Shown piece after piece: positions 13,949 through 16,921 of a stretch of 16,921 nucleotides of DNA. Position numbers and translations under genes: made by a program. The notes under the pieces were generated by a model. The model saw only the letters and a list, made by a program, of their open reading frames with translations, searched no databases and was not told where the DNA came from. Origin of the DNA: Chlamydiota bacterium (lineage in GTDB: Bacteria > Auribacterota > Tritonobacteria > UBA1439); contig JBAXOY010000066.1 of NCBI GenBank assembly GCA_037133055.1, forward strand, positions 1 to 16,921, read 5' to 3'. Position 1 is the first letter of the stretch. Each line of letters starts with the position of its first letter.

Positions 13949-16198
13949 TCACTGCTCCGCGCCCGGCCCCGGCATGTATCCCGGAATCGCCTGCGGCGGC
14001 GGGGCATTGTCGTAGGGGACGAGCAGCACATAGTCGTACGTCTTCCCCGACGCGGCCGAGCTCGCCGAGAGGTAGCCGATCGGATCCCCCTGTTCGTCGA
14101 CGAGCCCGACCGCGAGGAAATACCTCCCCGCTCCGAGGGGCGGCGGGAAGAGGTTGACGCGCTCCCGGACTATCTCCCCCGGCTTCCACGAGCCGGGTCG
14201 GAACGCTCCCCCGAGCGTGTGCCAGCACGGCTCCCCGACTCTCCGCATCATCCCGTCCATGAAAAACATCCCGACGTAGACATCGCCCGCGAGGGGGCGC
14301 GCGGCCTTCCAGTAGAGATCGAGGGCGATCAGGTCGCCCCGCAACCGCCGGTCGGGGGCGCCGGGACGAAACCCGAGGAGCGTCAGGCCGTTCGAGAACC
14401 CGCCGTCGTTGGCCGTTCCGCGCGGCGCGTCCCCGGGCACCGCGTCGACCCGCCCGGCCCCGCGGATTCCCGAAACGCGGTAGAGGAACAGCTCGCGCGG
14501 GAACACCAGTCTCGCCTCGTCGGGGGTGAGGGCCGGGTACCATCGCGAGAGGTCGAGGTCGGAGAGGAGGAGCTTCTCGGGGGACTTGTCCTCGTCCACG
14601 ACGTCCCCCGCGATGAAGACGGGCCTCCCGGCGGCGAGGTTCCGGGAGACCTCGCCGAGCATGGCGCGGTTCCTCCTCGCGAACAGGTCCTTCCCGGCGC
14701 CCTCGCGCGCGAGGTCCCTCCCCACCACCTCGGGGTCGTAGAGGGTGATCTTGTCGCGGGGGATCGTGTGTTCCACCTCGCTGAAGTAGGTGTCCAGGAG
14801 GCCGTAGACGAGCTTGGACACGATCACCGAGCCTTCCGGGATCTGCGAGAGGGTCCGCCCCCCCAGCACGTAGGCGCACTGCTCGCCCCGGAGATCGCAC
14901 AGGGAGCGGTTCACCGACGCCGTGTACAACGGCATCGCAAGGAGCAGTCCGCAGAAAATCCACGCCGTTTCCCTTTTGCGCGACCTCAGAAACGCGTTCA
15001 CCCGCAGCGCCGTCACCGCGCCGGGGAGGATGAGGAGAAAGAGCGAGGGCAGGAAGAAGTTCGCGAGATAATCCGTCGCGCGCGGGTTGCTCGGGTCATG
15101 GATGGATATCTCCGGGATGAGCGAGAACAGGGCGAGGGCGACGAGAAACGGAAGGAGCAGACGCCGTCCAGCCTCTTCGCGGTCCCCGCGCCTGAACGAC
15201 GCAACGAAGGAGGAGAGATCGATGACTCCAGAAACGATTCCCGCGAGCGACAGGACGAAAACGGGAAGCCCGAGGTCCCGCGCGGCGAACTTGAGGTAGA
15301 TCGGGATATTCGGGAGCAGGCGGCTCGCAAAGAACATCGCCCCCCCCGTCCACGCCTTCCCGCTGAGGAACCACCGGTACCAGGCAAAGCTCCCGATGTC
15401 GAACCGGCAGAGATAGTTCATCGGGTGGCTGTAGATTCCGGGCCACCGCGCGAGGCGCACCGGGTAATAGAGATAGGCGAGGAAGCCCGCGAGGAAGAGC
15501 GCCGCGGGGAGCGCCCAGTTCGTGCGCGCGCCGCGAACGCGCGACGAGATGACCGCGAAGGCGGCGACGGGGATGAGGACGGGGAACACGCCGAGGAGGT
15601 TCACCCCGAGCCCAAGGCCGAGGGCCGCCGCCGAGAGGGCGAGCCACCCACGCCCTCCGCCCCCGTGCCACCTGATGACGCCGAGCACGGAGGCCCCGAT
15701 CAGAAAAAGGAACAGGGTATGGACCTCGGGGATCTCGCAGTGAGTCCAGAAAACGTACGAGAAGGCGAAGGTCAGGGAGGCGGCGAGGGCGATCGGGAGG
15801 GCTCCCGCGTCTGCGGCGGCCCCTCCCCCGCCCTTCCCCCCCCCCTCCCCCGTTCCGCAGGGGGGCCTTACGGCCCCCCTGCAAACTCCGACGGCGCCGA
15901 TCCGGACGATCGCCAGGAAAAGGATCGCAATCGCCCCCGCCCCGAACACCGCCGACAGCAGGTTGATGTTCCAGGACGGGGTGCCGAACGGGAGCAGCGT
16001 GAACGCCTTGCCCAGCAGCAGGTAGCTCGGGTGCCCCGGCGGGTGGTCGATTCCGAGGAGGTTCGCGCAGATGACGTACTCGAGGCCGTCCCACGTGTTG
16101 AAGAGCGACATCGCCCCCCAGTTCGGGGCGAGGCATCTGAGGTAGACGGCGAAGAGGGCGGCGAAAAGCAGCGCTGCGGCGGCCCGTGCCCGGTTCAC
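13949..16198 (-). CDS. DUF2723 / TMEM260-like GT-C membrane protein (putative protein O-glycosyl/mannosyltransferase) with a C-terminal beta-sandwich-like domain
   Basis: 749 aa; the GTG start overlaps the upstream stop (GTGA). WDGLEY...LGIDHPPGHPSYLLLGKAF..LPFG...INLLSAVFGA and FAFSYVFW...PEVHTL are DUF2723 hallmarks. The C-terminus has LDLYWKA..P, WKPGEIVRE and GRYFLAVGL. Confidence 0.85.
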   Translation of the reverse strand: MNRARAAAALLFAALFAVYLRCLAPNWGAMSLFNTWDGLEYVICANLLGIDHPPGHPSYLLLGKAFTLLPFGTPSWNINLLSAVFGAGAIAILFLAIVRIGAVGVCRGAVRPPCGTGEGGGKGGGGAAADAGALPIALAASLTFAFSYVFWTHCEIPEVHTLFLFLIGASVLGVIRWHGGGGRGWLALSAAALGLGLGVNLLGVFPVLIPVAAFAVISSRVRGARTNWALPAALFLAGFLAYLYYPVRLARWPGIYSHPMNYLCRFDIGSFAWYRWFLSGKAWTGGAMFFASRLLPNIPIYLKFAARDLGLPVFVLSLAGIVSGVIDLSSFVASFRRGDREEAGRRLLLPFLVALALFSLIPEISIHDPSNPRATDYLANFFLPSLFLLILPGAVTALRVNAFLRSRKRETAWIFCGLLLAMPLYTASVNRSLCDLRGEQCAYVLGGRTLSQIPEGSVIVSKLVYGLLDTYFSEVEHTIPRDKITLYDPEVVGRDLAREGAGKDLFARRNRAMLGEVSRNLAAGRPVFIAGDVVDEDKSPEKLLLSDLDLSRWYPALTPDEARLVFPRELFLYRVSGIRGAGRVDAVPGDAPRGTANDGGFSNGLTLLGFRPGAPDRRLRGDLIALDLYWKAARPLAGDVYVGMFFMDGMMRRVGEPCWHTLGGAFRPGSWKPGEIVRERVNLFPPPLGAGRYFLAVGLVDEQGDPIGYLSASSAASGKTYDYVLLVPYDNAPPPQAIPGYMPGPGAEQ
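15857..15882. repeat. Perfect 11-bp inverted repeat inside the DUF2723 CDS, next to a C10/G10 tract (15836-15845)
   Basis: GCAGGGGGGCC-TTAC-GGCCCCCCTGC; the loop reads GTAA (GNRA) on the coding strand. Confidence 0.8.
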
Positions 16199-16921
16199 CG
16201 CGGCCCCCCCGACGGCATCGGCGATGCAAACGCGAACCCCGGAGGCGGCCCTCCGAAGGGAGCGTCCGCGGGGCGCGGGGCGCCAAGCTGACCGCCGCCC
16301 GCCGCCACCGACTCCGCCATGGCCAGGTTCCGTTGGGCCCCCTCGTCGTTCGGGGAGATATCGAGGACCTTCTTGAACTGGCGTATCGCGTCTGCGGACT
16401 TCCCCTGCCTCAGATACACGACCCCGAGGTTCCCCATCGCGATGGGGTAACGGGGGTCGTGCGAAAGGGCCTTCAGGAACTGCTGTTCAGCCCTGTCCAG
16501 GTTGTTCTGGCTGTAGTAGATCTGCCCGAGGCGGTTGAACGTCTCGGCGGGCTTCTGCGCCATCTCCTGCGCGATCGGCAGGTTCCTCGCGGCGGCCTCG
16601 TACGCCGGGTCGATCTCGAGCGCCTTTTTGAACTCCGCGATCGCCTCTTTCGCTTTTCCCTCCTCGAGATAGACGAGGCCGAGGTTGTTGATGGCGTGGA
16701 CGTACCTCGGGTCGATCTTCATCGCTTTTCTGAAGCATTTCTCCGCCTTCTTGAAATCGCCCCTCTCGAGGCAGATGCGTCCGAGGTTGTTGTGGGCGGG
16801 CGGGAACGCGCCGTCGTTGGCGATCTCCTTTTCGTACTCGGCGATGGATCGCGCGGCGTCGCCCTTCTGGGAATAGAGCATGCCGAGGTTGTAGTGTATC
16901 TTCGGCAGTTTCGGGTGGGCG
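16195..16921 (-). CDS. TPR-repeat protein, C-terminal part; begins beyond the right edge
   Basis: The frame is open to the window edge (AHPKLPKIHYNLGMLYSQKG...). There are at least five canonical TPR units (HYNLG, HNNLG, INNLG, FNRLG, MGNLG; A...F.KAL.IDP) and a Pro/Gly-rich tail. Confidence 0.9.
   Translation of the reverse strand, partial: AHPKLPKIHYNLGMLYSQKGDAARSIAEYEKEIANDGAFPPAHNNLGRICLERGDFKKAEKCFRKAMKIDPRYVHAINNLGLVYLEEGKAKEAIAEFKKALEIDPAYEAAARNLPIAQEMAQKPAETFNRLGQIYYSQNNLDRAEQQFLKALSHDPRYPIAMGNLGVVYLRQGKSADAIRQFKKVLDISPNDEGAQRNLAMAESVAAGGGQLGAPRPADAPFGGPPPGFAFASPMPSGGPR

Noticed and set aside
13933..14031. Longest-ORF starts from the track (14031, 11522, 3963)
   Set aside because: The extensions overlap upstream genes or repeats and lack an RBS. 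The downstream ATGs (13932, 11465, 3924) fit better.
13706..16291. Long antisense or alternate-frame ORFs (e.g. 13706..16291 +, 11761..13275 +, 6265..7653 +, 368..1435 -, 1449..2411 -, 21..437 +)
   Set aside because: These are shadow ORFs expected in high-GC DNA. They overlap motif-supported genes and have no recognisable domains.

Overview
GC-rich bacterial window almost entirely devoted to membrane-bound, lipid-carrier-dependent glycosylation. A short + strand operon (GtrB/ArnC/DPM1-like GT2 polyprenol-phosphate sugar synthase, a 56-codon remnant ORF and a class I SAM methyltransferase) is divergent from a truncated YfhO-family gene at the left edge. It converges on a ~14.5 kb minus-strand run of co-oriented genes. 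From right to left these are a TPR C-terminus (truncated at the right edge), a DUF2723/TMEM260-like protein, an O-antigen-ligase/O-OTase-like protein with TPRs, a 'DYWWHL' membrane+TPR protein, a lower-GC GT-C-like gene, a 'DDMFYY' GT-C-like gene, a YfhO-family gene and an ArnT/PMT-like gene. Non-coding highlights are an AT-richer intergenic block (11468-11793) with several unrelated short repeat and palindrome types, two inverted REP-like palindromes bracketing one gene, and an in-frame palindrome plus G10 tract inside the DUF2723 gene. No rRNA, tRNA, CRISPR array or transposase was seen. Family calls come from motif recognition by eye, not database searches.
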